A DNA stretch of 64,000 bases, taken from positions 41,160-105,159 of the forward strand of contig DIFI01000017.1 in NCBI GenBank assembly GCA_002419055.1, read 5' to 3'. This document shows positions 47,039 through 56,543 of this stretch, piece by piece (within the stretch, counting starts at the first letter, position 1; the number at the start of each line of letters is the position of its first letter). The position numbers and the translations under genes are program-made. Source of the stretch: Peptococcaceae bacterium UBA5752 (GTDB lineage: Bacteria; Bacillota; Dehalobacteriia; UBA4068). The notes under the pieces were generated by a model. It saw nothing but the letters and a program-made list of their open reading frames with translations. It was not told the DNA's origin and did no database searches.

Positions 47039-47080
47039 ATGTTCTCGACCAAGCTTTCTTTATTAAACTTATGTTTATAC

Positions 47081-47160
47081 AAAAAACTCCTACAGATAAC
47101 TTAAGTAAGTTATTTGTAGGAGTCATTAGCTTTTCAGCATTTAAGGTGAACTCCATCACC
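47081..47160 (-). ncRNA. fluoride riboswitch (crcB RNA motif) with intrinsic terminator
   Basis: Minus-strand RNA GGUGAUGGAGUUCACC...AAAUGCUGAAAAGCUAAUGACUCCUAC matches the crcB-motif consensus (GGCGAUGGnGUUCGCC...CUAAUGACUCCUAC); followed by expression-platform hairpin cuccuacaaauaacuu/aaguuaucuguaggag + U-run. Confidence 0.85.
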
Positions 47161-47234
47161 AATTATAATTTATATCACATTATATAGTATATTACAACGT
47201 TTTTTTATTGGTTTTAGGGATTATGTGGAATGCC

Positions 47235-48215
47235 TTATTTTAACAGATCAAGCAAATACCCATAACCTTCTTCTTTCATCTTATCCTTAGGTATAAATTT
47301 GAGCGATGCACTGTTGATGCAGTATCTTAAACCGCCTGTTTTTCTTGGTCCATCATTAAAAACATGTCCAAGATGCGCGTCTCCTCTCTTGCTACGCACT
47401 TCTACTCTCGTCATCCCATGGCTGTTATCTGTCAACTCACAGATTGCACCGGAATTTATCGGCTGGGAAAAACTTGGCCATCCACAACCCGATTCAAATT
47501 TATCACTTGAGGCAAAAAGCGGTTCTCCTGTAGTAATATCGACATAAATGCCTTCTTTAAAATTATTAAAGTGCTCATTTTTGAAAGGCGGTTCAGTGGC
47601 GTTGTTGCGTGTCACATTATACTGCATTTCGGAAAGGGTGGCTTTCAAAGCTTCCTGCGATTTTGGTCGATATCTCAATTGATTATCTTGCGCTTGCCTT
47701 GCTTTCTTAAACTCTTCCCTGCCAATATGGCAATATCCGTTGGGGTTTTTATCCAAATATTTCTGATGGTATTCTTCAGCCGGATAGTAGTTTTGCAATT
47801 GATTTACCTCAACCGCAATCAGCTTGTCATATTTACTCTGAAGTTCTTGCAAAGAATTAAGAATTATATCTTGGTCCCGGTAATCAATATAATAAATTCC
47901 CGTGCGATACTGTTTACCGATGTCATTCCCTTGACGGTTTTTAGTCAGAGGATTAATTATATCGTAATAGAGCTTTAATATGAATTCCAAGCTTATTTCA
48001 TTAGCGTCATACAAAACCTTAACTGTTTCTGCATGGCCGGTTCCTTTGTTACATACATCTTCGTAACTGGGATTTTGGGTATTACCGTTTGCATATCCCA
48101 CTTGGGTCGCCACAATTCCTTTAACAAGAGATAAATATTTTTCTGTTCCCCAAAAGCATCCACCTGCCAGATAGATTTCTTTTAAGGTCTCTACTGTGCT
48201 TTTTTCATTTTCCAT
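47235..48215 (-). CDS. msrAB: bifunctional peptide methionine sulfoxide reductase MsrA/MsrB
   Basis: N-terminal MsrA ([10 protein letters not shown] active site) and C-terminal MsrB (CGWPSF ... [11 protein letters not shown]). Confidence 0.9.
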   Translation of the reverse strand: MENEKSTVETLKEIYLAGGCFWGTEKYLSLVKGIVATQVGYANGNTQNPSYEDVCNKGTGHAETVKVLYDANEISLEFILKLYYDIINPLTKNRQGNDIGKQYRTGIYYIDYRDQDIILNSLQELQSKYDKLIAVEVNQLQNYYPAEEYHQKYLDKNPNGYCHIGREEFKKARQAQDNQLRYRPKSQEALKATLSEMQYNVTRNNATEPPFKNEHFNNFKEGIYVDITTGEPLFASSDKFESGCGWPSFSQPINSGAICELTDNSHGMTRVEVRSKRGDAHLGHVFNDGPRKTGGLRYCINSASLKFIPKDKMKEEGYGYLLDLLK

Positions 48216-48274
48216 AAATGCCTTAACTCCTTACTTGTAAAAAGTCTTCATATCGGTTGAATTATCTTCGTATA

Positions 48275-48309
48275 TTTATTCTTCCTAAAATATCGATAAC
48301 AATTCTTCT
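48275..48309 (-). promoter_or_regulatory. 35-bp conserved upstream motif (copy 1, upstream of msrAB)
   Basis: tttattcttcctaaaatatcgataacaattcttct; near-identical copy at 55774-55808 upstream of an unrelated gene. Confidence 0.4.
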
Positions 48310-48470
48310 AAATTTCATTACAAAATTTGAGATATATGCCACGGTAATTACTCTGCTGATAGGAATTCCATATTTTTTCGATATTGCTGATTGACAGATA
48401 TGATTGATTAATGTATAATTACTGTTGTCTATACAACTGTTGTATGTACAACATGGGGAGGTGATAAAAA

Positions 48471-48884
48471 ATGCTGATGAGTGATTTATCTATCATCGTC
48501 AGAGGAAGTCAGATCTATTCTACACGCAAGCTGGCGGAGTTTGATATCAATGCTGCCGAAGAATTTATACTAATGTATATATTGGGGCATCCGGAATCAA
48601 ATCAGGATTCCATCGCCAAATATTTTATGCTGGATAAAGGAACGGTCGCCAAGAGCTTGGCAAAACTGGAAAGCAAGGGCTTCATTGTGCGAAAGATCAA
48701 TAATGAAAACCAGCGTGAAAAGGTCATCACAATGACCCCAAAAGCGCAGAACATCAAAAATGTTCTGGTGGGTTTGCTGGCGGAGTGGACCAAAACCATG
48801 TACGACGGTCTAACCGATGACGAAATCCGTACCTTTGAAAACACTGTGGAAAAAATAGCCGAAAATATCACGAAGCAAATTTAA
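48471..48884 (+). CDS. MarR-family transcriptional regulator
   Basis: 137 aa, wHTH (DSIAKYFMLDKGTVAKSLAKLESKGFIVRK); precedes MFS transporter. Confidence 0.8.
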   Translation: MLMSDLSIIVRGSQIYSTRKLAEFDINAAEEFILMYILGHPESNQDSIAKYFMLDKGTVAKSLAKLESKGFIVRKINNENQREKVITMTPKAQNIKNVLVGLLAEWTKTMYDGLTDDEIRTFENTVEKIAENITKQI

Positions 48885-48897
48885 GGGAGATTCAAAA

Positions 48898-51288
48898 GTG
48901 AAAAACAGTTCAGCTAAAAAGACCGGACTGGCATTAATTGCGATTATTTATTTAGCAGGGATATTCATGGGAGCTATTGACACCGGAATAGTAACCCCCG
49001 CTAGAACCATCATTCAGAACAACCTTATGGTAGGTGACAAATCGGGCATCTGGATTATAACAATTTACACCTTGGCGTATGCGGCTAGTATACCCGTGAT
49101 GGGAAAACTTGCCGATAGATACGGCAGGAAGATTATTTATATTACGAGCATATTCCTATTCGGTTTTGGTTCTTTATTATGCGGTTTGTCTCATTATGCT
49201 GGTAGCTTTGAACTGCTGATCGCCGCGCGAGCTATTCAGGCAGTTGGCGGCGGCGGCATCATGCCCGTAGCTACCGCCGAATTTGGAACCTCCTTCCCGC
49301 CGGAAAAGCGCGGCATGGCTCTGGGACTTGTGGGTGGCGTATACGGAATCGCAAATATATTAGGCTCACTTGCAGGCAGCGCCATTTTGGATATATTTGG
49401 AACCCAGAACTGGCAATATATATTCTTTGTCAACATACCGATTACGATCTTTATCATTCTGGCCGGTTTGTATGCATTACCCAATCATAAAGAAAAAGCA
49501 GTAAAAAGAATCGACAGCCTCGGAACCCTTGTTATTGTGGCTATGGTGCTTTCCCTACTCTACGGGCTGAAGCAGATTGATTTCTTTGACTTTATAAATA
49601 CGGTTACAAGCACGGATGTTTTTCCCTTCCTGATTGCCTTTGTTGTACTGATCCCCATCTTTATATTAATTGAAAAGAAGGCCGAAGATCCGATCATAAA
49701 TCTTTCGTACTTCAAGAACGTCAGTATTCTCACAACGCTTGCCGTAGCCTTTATATCTGGTTTTGTGTTGATGGGCATCGTATTCATACCGCAGTTCTGT
49801 GAAAATTCACTGAAGGTCGCACCTGGGAACGGGGGCTACTTTACCGTGATACTTGGCCTTCTTTCCGGTGTATCGGCCATGTTATCCGGCAGGCTGATCG
49901 ATAAGATCGGAGCAAAACTTGTGCTTATGCTGGGCTTCACAATCTCCATTATCGGAGCTATGTTCCTGATACTGGTTGCTGCGGTGAATCCAAATATTGT
50001 GTCGGTAGTGACCAGTCTAATGCTTCTGGGCCTTGGCCTGGGCTTTACCATCGGCGCACCGGTAAACTACATGATGCTGGAAAATATTAAAGACAGCGAA
50101 GCAAGCTCCGGCCTCGCCACCCTTTCTCTGATCCGCTCCATCGGAACTTCTATCGCACCCGCCATTATGGTAGGCTTCATTGCCCACGCCGGTTTATCTG
50201 TCCAGACTGACTTAATGGCAGTAATGCCCGATCAGATCAACATGCCTTCCCTTCCTTATGTACAGCAAATCACTGAAAAGGTGAATGAGCTTAAGGAAGA
50301 TCCGAACATGTCGGATAGGCTAGGCGAAATGGAAATGCCCGATCTTGCCTCCATGCAAACCATTAAGCTGGATTTTGGCGACAGCGAAGATTATCAAATG
50401 CCGGCAGGTATGCTGGAAAAGCTGCAAAGCTCCGATGTTACAACCATTGTGGAAATTACCAAGGATATGGCGGCAAGCATGTTTGACCAAATGTCTCCCC
50501 CCATCATAGCAAACATTCAGAACGGACTGAATTCCGGTATTGCCGGTATAAATGCGGGAATAGGCGAAATGGATGCGGGCATTTCTCAACTGCAGCAGGC
50601 ATACAATGGCATCGGTCAAGGCATTGCCGGAATGGAAAAAGCAGTGGCTTCGCAGGAGGCAGCACTGGCACAGCTTCAAAGCCTCAAAGTGTCCATAACC
50701 CAAATGATGGGGAGTAGCGCTTATACAGGCTCCGGCATGAATTCTACGGACATGTCCATGTCGATGGGAGGCGAAGCTTCGGCCGGCTCCGGCGCGAGTC
50801 TTTTGGATATGATACCCGCTTCGGTGAAAAGCAGTATGTCCGAAAGCGTTTTGAGCCAACTGGCAGAAATCAAAACTATGGATGATCTTGATGCGAAGAT
50901 CAGTGACCTGCAAAGCGCGATCGCTGCCTTGAACAGCAAAATAGAGCAAAACACCAAAACCCGGGCGGAGATGAAATCAGCTATCGACCAGATGACCGCA
51001 TCCAAAGCGGAAATGGCAACCCTGGCAGCAGATATGGAAACTCTGAACGAAGCGATCCCCGAAGCCTTTGAAACAGCAAAGACAGATTATCTCGCCGAGC
51101 TGGACGCCCGGTCAGATAAACTGGAAAGCGTTTATCAAAGAACATTGAACGAAGGCTATCAATCAATCTATCTTACAGTTATCGTATCGGCGGCTATAGC
51201 ATTGTTCCTTCTGGTCTTTTACAAAAAGGAAACTACTTTTTCCGACGAGCTAACGGAACCTGCTAATCAAAGCGAGGACGATCAATAA
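48898..51288 (+). CDS. MFS (DHA2-like) transporter with ~270-aa coiled-coil insertion before the last TM helix
   Basis: N-terminal MFS signature GKLADRYGRKIIYI; ~13 TM helices, then a long soluble Ala/Gln/Gly-rich repeat region (GIAGINAGIGEMDAGISQLQQAYNGIGQGIAGMEKAV...) and a final TM (IYLTVIVSAAIALFLLVF). Confidence 0.8.
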   Translation: MKNSSAKKTGLALIAIIYLAGIFMGAIDTGIVTPARTIIQNNLMVGDKSGIWIITIYTLAYAASIPVMGKLADRYGRKIIYITSIFLFGFGSLLCGLSHYAGSFELLIAARAIQAVGGGGIMPVATAEFGTSFPPEKRGMALGLVGGVYGIANILGSLAGSAILDIFGTQNWQYIFFVNIPITIFIILAGLYALPNHKEKAVKRIDSLGTLVIVAMVLSLLYGLKQIDFFDFINTVTSTDVFPFLIAFVVLIPIFILIEKKAEDPIINLSYFKNVSILTTLAVAFISGFVLMGIVFIPQFCENSLKVAPGNGGYFTVILGLLSGVSAMLSGRLIDKIGAKLVLMLGFTISIIGAMFLILVAAVNPNIVSVVTSLMLLGLGLGFTIGAPVNYMMLENIKDSEASSGLATLSLIRSIGTSIAPAIMVGFIAHAGLSVQTDLMAVMPDQINMPSLPYVQQITEKVNELKEDPNMSDRLGEMEMPDLASMQTIKLDFGDSEDYQMPAGMLEKLQSSDVTTIVEITKDMAASMFDQMSPPIIANIQNGLNSGIAGINAGIGEMDAGISQLQQAYNGIGQGIAGMEKAVASQEAALAQLQSLKVSITQMMGSSAYTGSGMNSTDMSMSMGGEASAGSGASLLDMIPASVKSSMSESVLSQLAEIKTMDDLDAKISDLQSAIAALNSKIEQNTKTRAEMKSAIDQMTASKAEMATLAADMETLNEAIPEAFETAKTDYLAELDARSDKLESVYQRTLNEGYQSIYLTVIVSAAIALFLLVFYKKETTFSDELTEPANQSEDDQ

Positions 51289-51381
51289 CTGACTCTGCAA
51301 ACTAAATAAAACAGAGCCTCCTATCGTAGTTCTATTCTACGGCATGAGGCTTTGTCATATCATGAAAATTTATTATTTGTA

Positions 51382-52176
51382 TTATTTGTATGTAACTACT
51401 AAACGCTTTGAGATGTTTTTACCGATCCAGTAAAAGAAATTACCATATAACATCTTGTGAATCGGCAACGGTACATTAGGCGAATATGCTTTGCTTACCA
51501 ATCCCGTTTCATCCCAGTAGGTACCGTCATATGTTGCATATTGATATCCCAGAGTGTAATGGCGGCTTATTCCCCGAAATAAATTATATGTCATTACTGC
51601 CGAGAACGAAGGCGAATGCAATTTTTCGCTATTAAGAGCATTGTAAAACTTAGCTGCAACATCAGTACATTTTCGCATGTGCTTTTGAGTAGGCCGGTAA
51701 TCATTGTAACTTATGGCACTGATCGGCAGTTGGAAGCATCTGTTGAATCCCAATCCTATAAACGTTCCGCACATATACTTGGTTGAGTCTTTGGCGCCAA
51801 CCGCACCGGTAGTTGATATGATCAATGCTTTTTTATCAAAATACCGGGGACGGTGCAGCATAAAGCTTAAATGATCAACCAGATTTTTGGCCACCGCGGG
51901 TATCTGCATATTATAAGTTGGGGCTGAAAAAATAATCCCGTCGCATTCATCTATTTTGTCAATAATACCTTGCACGACGTTGTGATGCGGACAATGGATG
52001 TGCCCCTGCCTGAAACACAAGCTGCAGCCAAGACAATAAGGCAAGTCAATATCCATCAAATGTATTTCTTCAAATTCCATAGTGCAATCCATTGCCTGAA
52101 GATTTTCTTTGACAAGTTCTGTTAAGATCCAAGTGTTTCCCTTATGAGAACTGCCGTTAATAATTAAACATCTCAT
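51382..52176 (-). CDS. flavodoxin-like fold NAD(P)H-dependent oxidoreductase family protein
   Basis: MRCLIINGSSHKGNTW... N-terminus typical of FMN-reductase/iron-sulfur flavoprotein family. Confidence 0.5.
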   Translation of the reverse strand: MRCLIINGSSHKGNTWILTELVKENLQAMDCTMEFEEIHLMDIDLPYCLGCSLCFRQGHIHCPHHNVVQGIIDKIDECDGIIFSAPTYNMQIPAVAKNLVDHLSFMLHRPRYFDKKALIISTTGAVGAKDSTKYMCGTFIGLGFNRCFQLPISAISYNDYRPTQKHMRKCTDVAAKFYNALNSEKLHSPSFSAVMTYNLFRGISRHYTLGYQYATYDGTYWDETGLVSKAYSPNVPLPIHKMLYGNFFYWIGKNISKRLVVTYK

Positions 52177-52178
52177 TT

Positions 52179-52754
52179 TTATCGCTCCTTAAATATACTG
52201 TCCGCTATAATATCAATTAGCTTATCTCTTTCTTCTTTGATGTAAAAATCAAAGCCAAATAGCTGCTTACTTAAGTCTTTTCTTAAAAATGCCGCTTGCA
52301 ATATTGATACAAATCCAAATACCTGAATTTTTTTGACATCGGCTGTTGTTTCAAGTTCTTTTAAGCTATAAGAAAAACCATGCACTGTTTTCATTGTATT
52401 ATCAATAAGCTGCGGTTTGTTATAGTCGCCTAGTATAGATATCCGAGACACAGCCGGATTATTGATTAAAAAATCCATAACAGATTTTGCGGCTGCCTTA
52501 ATTTTTTCTAAATAACTCGCATTTGCATCTACATTTGGTTTGAATTTTGATATTACTTCTTCTATCATTTTTTGGATGCATATTTCTATCAAGTTTTCCT
52601 TTGTTTGAAAATGATAATTAATTAAACCTACTCCAACCTCTGCTTTTTCAGAGATTTGCCTTATTGTAATCGCATCTATATTACCTTCGCTTTTCTCAAT
52701 GAGTTCCGTTGTTACCCGTATAATTTTTTCTTTTATATCGCTTGTCTTATTCAT
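52179..52754 (-). CDS. TetR/AcrR-family transcriptional regulator
   Basis: N-terminal HTH IRQISEKAEVGVGLINYHFQTKENL. Confidence 0.8.
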   Translation of the reverse strand: MNKTSDIKEKIIRVTTELIEKSEGNIDAITIRQISEKAEVGVGLINYHFQTKENLIEICIQKMIEEVISKFKPNVDANASYLEKIKAAAKSVMDFLINNPAVSRISILGDYNKPQLIDNTMKTVHGFSYSLKELETTADVKKIQVFGFVSILQAAFLRKDLSKQLFGFDFYIKEERDKLIDIIADSIFKER

Positions 52755-52839
52755 TTCACCCTCCCGCTGAACATTGTTCTGAACACTGTTCAGTTATATT
52801 GTAATATAATTAACGAGCGTTGTCAATAAATAAAGCAAA

Positions 52840-52885
52840 ATGATGCCCGTCGAGATAATTCGACGGGCATCTATATATTTTTGGT
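52840..52885. terminator. rho-independent terminator after the cwlJ-gerQ-like operon
   Basis: gatgcccgtcgag-ataat-tcgacgggcatc hairpin with flanking T/A runs. Confidence 0.6.
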
Positions 52886-52928
52886 AAAGGACTTACCTCA
52901 TATACGAACGTGTATGTTTTAGCAGAGG

Positions 52929-53558
52929 TTAAGGCTGCAATATAGTAACAAATTTGACAGAATACAGGTCACACATGATATGAGTGCGGGAATTTACATC
53001 TAAAAGTACAAAATAGTTTATACCTACCTCTATAAGTATACCCGTTTTATCGGCATATTGATTGCTACCGATTATGAATTCCGCCCGCACACTTTTTCCG
53101 ATATTACTAGCAAGATAATAGGGTATGTAACCTCTTTCGGTAGAGGGGGGAGGACCCTGCTGGGTAATAATGCTGCCTGGTGGCGCTGGAACCGGTGGCG
53201 AAACAGGTGGTGGATCCGACGGCATGGCAGAGCCGCCTTCCTGCATCATATTCGACATGTTATCTTTCTGCATCATATTCGACGGCATAGCCATGTTGCC
53301 TTGCTGCATCATATTCGACGGCATAGCCATGTTGCCTTGCTGCATTGGCATAGCAGAGTTGTCTTTCTGCATAGGCATAGCAGAGTTGCCTTGTTGATTT
53401 GAACTCAACGGCATAGCAGAGTTGCCTTGCTGCATCTGATTCGACGGCATAACACAGTTATCTTGCTGATTCGATGCCGTAGCAGGTTGGGATGACTGAC
53501 GACGGGATGCGCTTGAATCAAACACTTTATTTCCCATCCAATTTATATTGCTGCTCAT
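52929..53558 (-). CDS. gerQ: GerQ-like spore coat protein with Gln/Met/Pro-rich tandem-repeat N-terminus
   Basis: C-terminal domain ...KSVRAEFIIGSNQYADKTGILIEVGINYFVLLDVNSRTHIMCDLYSVKFVTIL resembles B. subtilis GerQ/YwdL core; Q-rich N-terminus; positioned immediately downstream of a cwlJ-like gene as in B. subtilis. Confidence 0.55.
   Translation of the reverse strand: MSSNINWMGNKVFDSSASRRQSSQPATASNQQDNCVMPSNQMQQGNSAMPLSSNQQGNSAMPMQKDNSAMPMQQGNMAMPSNMMQQGNMAMPSNMMQKDNMSNMMQEGGSAMPSDPPPVSPPVPAPPGSIITQQGPPPSTERGYIPYYLASNIGKSVRAEFIIGSNQYADKTGILIEVGINYFVLLDVNSRTHIMCDLYSVKFVTILQP
53196..53470. repeat. coding tandem repeats (~36-nt units) within gerQ-like gene
   Basis: Repeated catcatattcgacggcatagccatgttgccttgctg / cataggcatagcagagttgccttg units encoding QQGN(S/M)AMP... 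peptide repeats. Confidence 0.8.
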
Positions 53559-53581
53559 AAAATAAAAACACCTCCGATATT

Positions 53582-54031
53582 TTAAGTTTGCGCATAGGAT
53601 TCCGTAGGATTATAAAAGCAATGTTGATTTATTCTTGTAAACCAATATCCGGTACCATTATAGGGGAAAAGGTTGGGACATTGAGGTATATATGGATTCA
53701 TGTACCATAAAGTGTTAGAGCTCGCACCGGTATGTATGCCCCCGTTGATGGCCCAATCGGCAACTTGATAATGTTTGTCTTCGGGCGTTGCAGTCCATAC
53801 ATTCTGAGTGTTTTGAACTCCACCTATTATAGTTTTATAACATGAAAACTGGCACATTTGGATAATAACCTTTCGCAAATCGCCCTGGCACTCTCTTTGA
53901 TATTCTCCGTTCGGCACCCTCACTCGATTCATAACTACAGTAGCGACAGCTCTCATTCCGTCAAGACCTTCGCCGCCTGCCTCACATTTTATGAGTCTTG
54001 CAAATAGTTCCCTAGTATCCACCTTTTTCAC
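53582..54031 (-). CDS. cwlJ: spore cortex-lytic cell wall hydrolase CwlJ/SleB-C-terminal family (Hydrolase_2)
   Basis: LIKCEAGGEGLDGMRAVATVVMNRV... matches the Hydrolase_2 (SleB/CwlJ) catalytic domain start. Confidence 0.7.
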   Translation of the reverse strand: MKKVDTRELFARLIKCEAGGEGLDGMRAVATVVMNRVRVPNGEYQRECQGDLRKVIIQMCQFSCYKTIIGGVQNTQNVWTATPEDKHYQVADWAINGGIHTGASSNTLWYMNPYIPQCPNLFPYNGTGYWFTRINQHCFYNPTESYAQT

Positions 54032-54288
54032 CTCAGTTTCATATTACTCATTTTGCGGAATTTTGTTACAAGAATAACCAACAAAATTGCAATCCATAAT
54101 TATATATAAAGGAAACAGGAAGAAAGCGGTTGGGGTAATTTGTCAATGTCTTAATAGTTGTCATGATTCATGACAAGTGCTCTTCCGTTATTAAATTTCA
54201 TACTCGCCTCAAACACGCATTATAAAGTCAAATACACAAAGAAGCTACTGATTAATCAGTAGCTTCTCGCAACAGGTTGAACACGCTG

Positions 54289-55716
54289 TCACTTAATATT
54301 CGTCTGATGCTTATCATCTTGATGCAAATTGGTCAATTCATCAGAAGGTTCCATTTGCATCCTTGCATCATCGTGGTGAACAGTTATATTTTTACGCTTA
54401 TAAAACCGTATCGCTAAATAACTTAATGCATAAATAGCGACTATGATGCCACCGGCAACTAACCCGGAGGTCTGTCCCTCAATAAACGGCATGCTAAAAA
54501 TGGAAGCAATCAGAAAGAACAGAACAAAGTAAGAGGTGTACGGAAAGCCCCACATCTGACACTTTCCATCCGGAGGGCAGCCGTATTTTCTACGAAAGCG
54601 TATATGTGTGGCCATGATGACGACATAGGAAAACAGCAGTGCGAAGCCTCCGGAACTGATCAAAAACAGATAGACGCTTGGAAACAAAAGACCGAGTCCC
54701 AGTGCTAAAAGCATGGCAAATCCTGAAGACAGGATTGCGCGGTAAGGGACATCTTTTCTATCTATTAACCAAGCGGGAGCCAGCCCTTCGTCAACAAGCG
54801 AACGCATCATCCTTCCCAACCCGAACATCGCAGCAAGCATGGTGGTAAGAATGGCAAATATCAAAACCACGTTAATGGCCGTACCTGCCCATCCGATGCC
54901 GCGATTGTTCAGAGCCGCCACAATAGGGCTTGTGTTCTGGCTTATTTGTGATGTCGGAATCAGCGGCAGCAACATTGCTGTGGAAATAATATAAAGCCCT
55001 ACGAGTATTATCACCGTATTGCGGATTGCTTTGGGTATTGTTTTTTTTGGACGATCCGCTTCAGACGCAGCTAATCCTATGATTTCAAAGCCAGCATAGG
55101 CAAACAGCACGATCAACATACTTCCGGCAATACCCGAAATTCCGCCCGGCATCAGTGACTCGCCGGCTAATTCTCCGACGCCGATTGCCGCGCTGTCCGG
55201 AAACAATCCGATCACTAATAAGACCGCGATTACGATAAATGAAACGAGTGCAAATAGCTTGACAGCCGCCAGACCGCTTTCAATCGTGCTAAATTTAACA
55301 GCTCCAAGGAGATTTATAAGTGTAACGCCGATGATAATTGCACTGCCCAACATCGCGATTGATACATCAGGAATCCAGTTGCGTACCAATATGGATATGG
55401 CAGTTGCCTCACTGGACATGGCAAAAACCATTCCTGTCCAGTATACCCAGCCGACGACGAATCCGGTTCCCTGACCGAACATCTGCGACGCAAAGGTGCG
55501 GAAGGAGCCTAAAACAGGATTTGCCACAGTCATTTCAGACAGAGCGAAAAGGATAAAATAAACCAATACTCCACCCAATATAAACGATATCAAAATGGAT
55601 GGACCTGCGGCATGAATCGCAACAGAGGATCCAAGAAAAAAGGATGCTCCTATTACGGTTCCCAATGCCAAAAAGGTCAATTGCCAGGCTCCAAGCCCTT
55701 TCTCCTGCTTTTTCAT
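54289..55716 (-). CDS. amino acid permease (APC superfamily)
   Basis: 475 aa, 12 predicted TM, N-terminal AWQLTFLALGTVIGASFFLGSS motif. Confidence 0.85.
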   Translation of the reverse strand: MKKQEKGLGAWQLTFLALGTVIGASFFLGSSVAIHAAGPSILISFILGGVLVYFILFALSEMTVANPVLGSFRTFASQMFGQGTGFVVGWVYWTGMVFAMSSEATAISILVRNWIPDVSIAMLGSAIIIGVTLINLLGAVKFSTIESGLAAVKLFALVSFIVIAVLLVIGLFPDSAAIGVGELAGESLMPGGISGIAGSMLIVLFAYAGFEIIGLAASEADRPKKTIPKAIRNTVIILVGLYIISTAMLLPLIPTSQISQNTSPIVAALNNRGIGWAGTAINVVLIFAILTTMLAAMFGLGRMMRSLVDEGLAPAWLIDRKDVPYRAILSSGFAMLLALGLGLLFPSVYLFLISSGGFALLFSYVVIMATHIRFRRKYGCPPDGKCQMWGFPYTSYFVLFFLIASIFSMPFIEGQTSGLVAGGIIVAIYALSYLAIRFYKRKNITVHHDDARMQMEPSDELTNLHQDDKHQTNIK

Positions 55717-55773
55717 AACGAAACCCCATACATTAATTTTAGGATAAATTATCGATTTAATTAATTTTCTTTG

Positions 55774-55808
55774 TTTATTCTTCCTAAAATATCAATAACA
55801 ATCCTTCT
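55774..55808 (-). promoter_or_regulatory. 35-bp conserved upstream motif (copy 2, upstream of amino acid permease)
   Basis: tttattcttcctaaaatatcaataacaatccttct; 32/35 identical to 48275-48309. Confidence 0.4.
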
Positions 55809-55894
55809 TTGAGATGTAAGCGACAAGATTATTATGCTTTTGTATAATAAAATTTAAATTACAGACAATATTAAAAACAAAAGGAGGTGATTTT

Positions 55895-56125
55895 ATGAAA
55901 CCAAATCCTGATGACAGAAGTGATAATGTAGAAAAAATCCAGGAACACATCGACGAGACCATACGTAATATGGAAGCAGCCGAAGATATGATTGACAGGA
56001 CCGATAATCGCAAAACAAAAGAAGATCTTATTGCTAAAAACGAGAGGCGTGAAGAGGCATTAAAAGGCTTTCGTAAAGAAATAAAGGAAGAAGCCGATGC
56101 CAGAGAAAATAATTATCAAGATTAA
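55895..56125 (+). CDS. tlp: small acid-soluble spore protein, thioredoxin-like Tlp
   Basis: MKPNPDDRSDNVEKIQEHIDETIRNMEAAEDMIDRTDN... matches the Tlp family N-terminus; GGAGG RBS; own terminator. Confidence 0.7.
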   Translation: MKPNPDDRSDNVEKIQEHIDETIRNMEAAEDMIDRTDNRKTKEDLIAKNERREEALKGFRKEIKEEADARENNYQD

Positions 56126-56145
56126 AAAGTATATATTTTATAACG

Positions 56146-56178
56146 TAAATAGCCATCCGGAAGGACGGCTATTTTGAT
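56146..56178 (+). terminator. rho-independent terminator after tlp
   Basis: atagccatcc-ggaa-ggacggctat + TTTTGA. Confidence 0.7.
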
Positions 56179-56238
56179 CTGTGTGTATATTAAATTATAA
56201 AATGCAGACAATAATACAAAACAATAGGAGGTGGTTTT

Positions 56239-56481
56239 GTGAAAACAAATCGTGATAATCATAATGATAGAATGCAGGAAAATAATGTTATGACCGAGTT
56301 AGCCAATGATATGAAGGATAAGAATTCAAAAACAAAAGAAGTGCTTCATGGTAATAACGAGAGGCATGAAAAGGCCCCAGGATACACGAGTAAAAAGGAT
56401 GAATCCGGCACTAAAGTGTTTTTCGCCTCATCTAATCCGGTTACGCTTTTTCAATCAAGCTCTTCAATACCTTTGAAATAA
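56239..56481 (+). CDS. divergent Tlp-like paralogue (GTG start)
   Basis: MKTNRDNHNDRMQENN... parallels KPNPDDRSDNVEKIQE; same upstream architecture (cagacaata...AGGAGGTG-N7-start) and terminator as tlp. Confidence 0.45.
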   Translation: MKTNRDNHNDRMQENNVMTELANDMKDKNSKTKEVLHGNNERHEKAPGYTSKKDESGTKVFFASSNPVTLFQSSSSIPLK

Positions 56482-56516
56482 TAAAGACGAAAAAAGTTTA
56501 TATTCTATACCGCAGG

Positions 56517-56543
56517 GAGCTGTCCAGAAGGACAGCTCTTTTG
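56517..56543 (+). terminator. rho-independent terminator after second tlp-like gene
   Basis: gagctgtcc-agaa-ggacagctc + TTTT. Confidence 0.75.

Noticed and set aside
50320-51166. Minus-strand ORFs (209, 94, 61 aa) within the MFS transporter gene
   Set aside because: Lie inside the repeat-rich coiled-coil insertion of the transporter; antisense artefacts.
53058-53402. Plus-strand ORFs of 114 and 75 aa in the gerQ-like repeat region
   Set aside because: Products are His/Arg-rich translations of the antisense of the 36-nt tandem repeats; no RBS.
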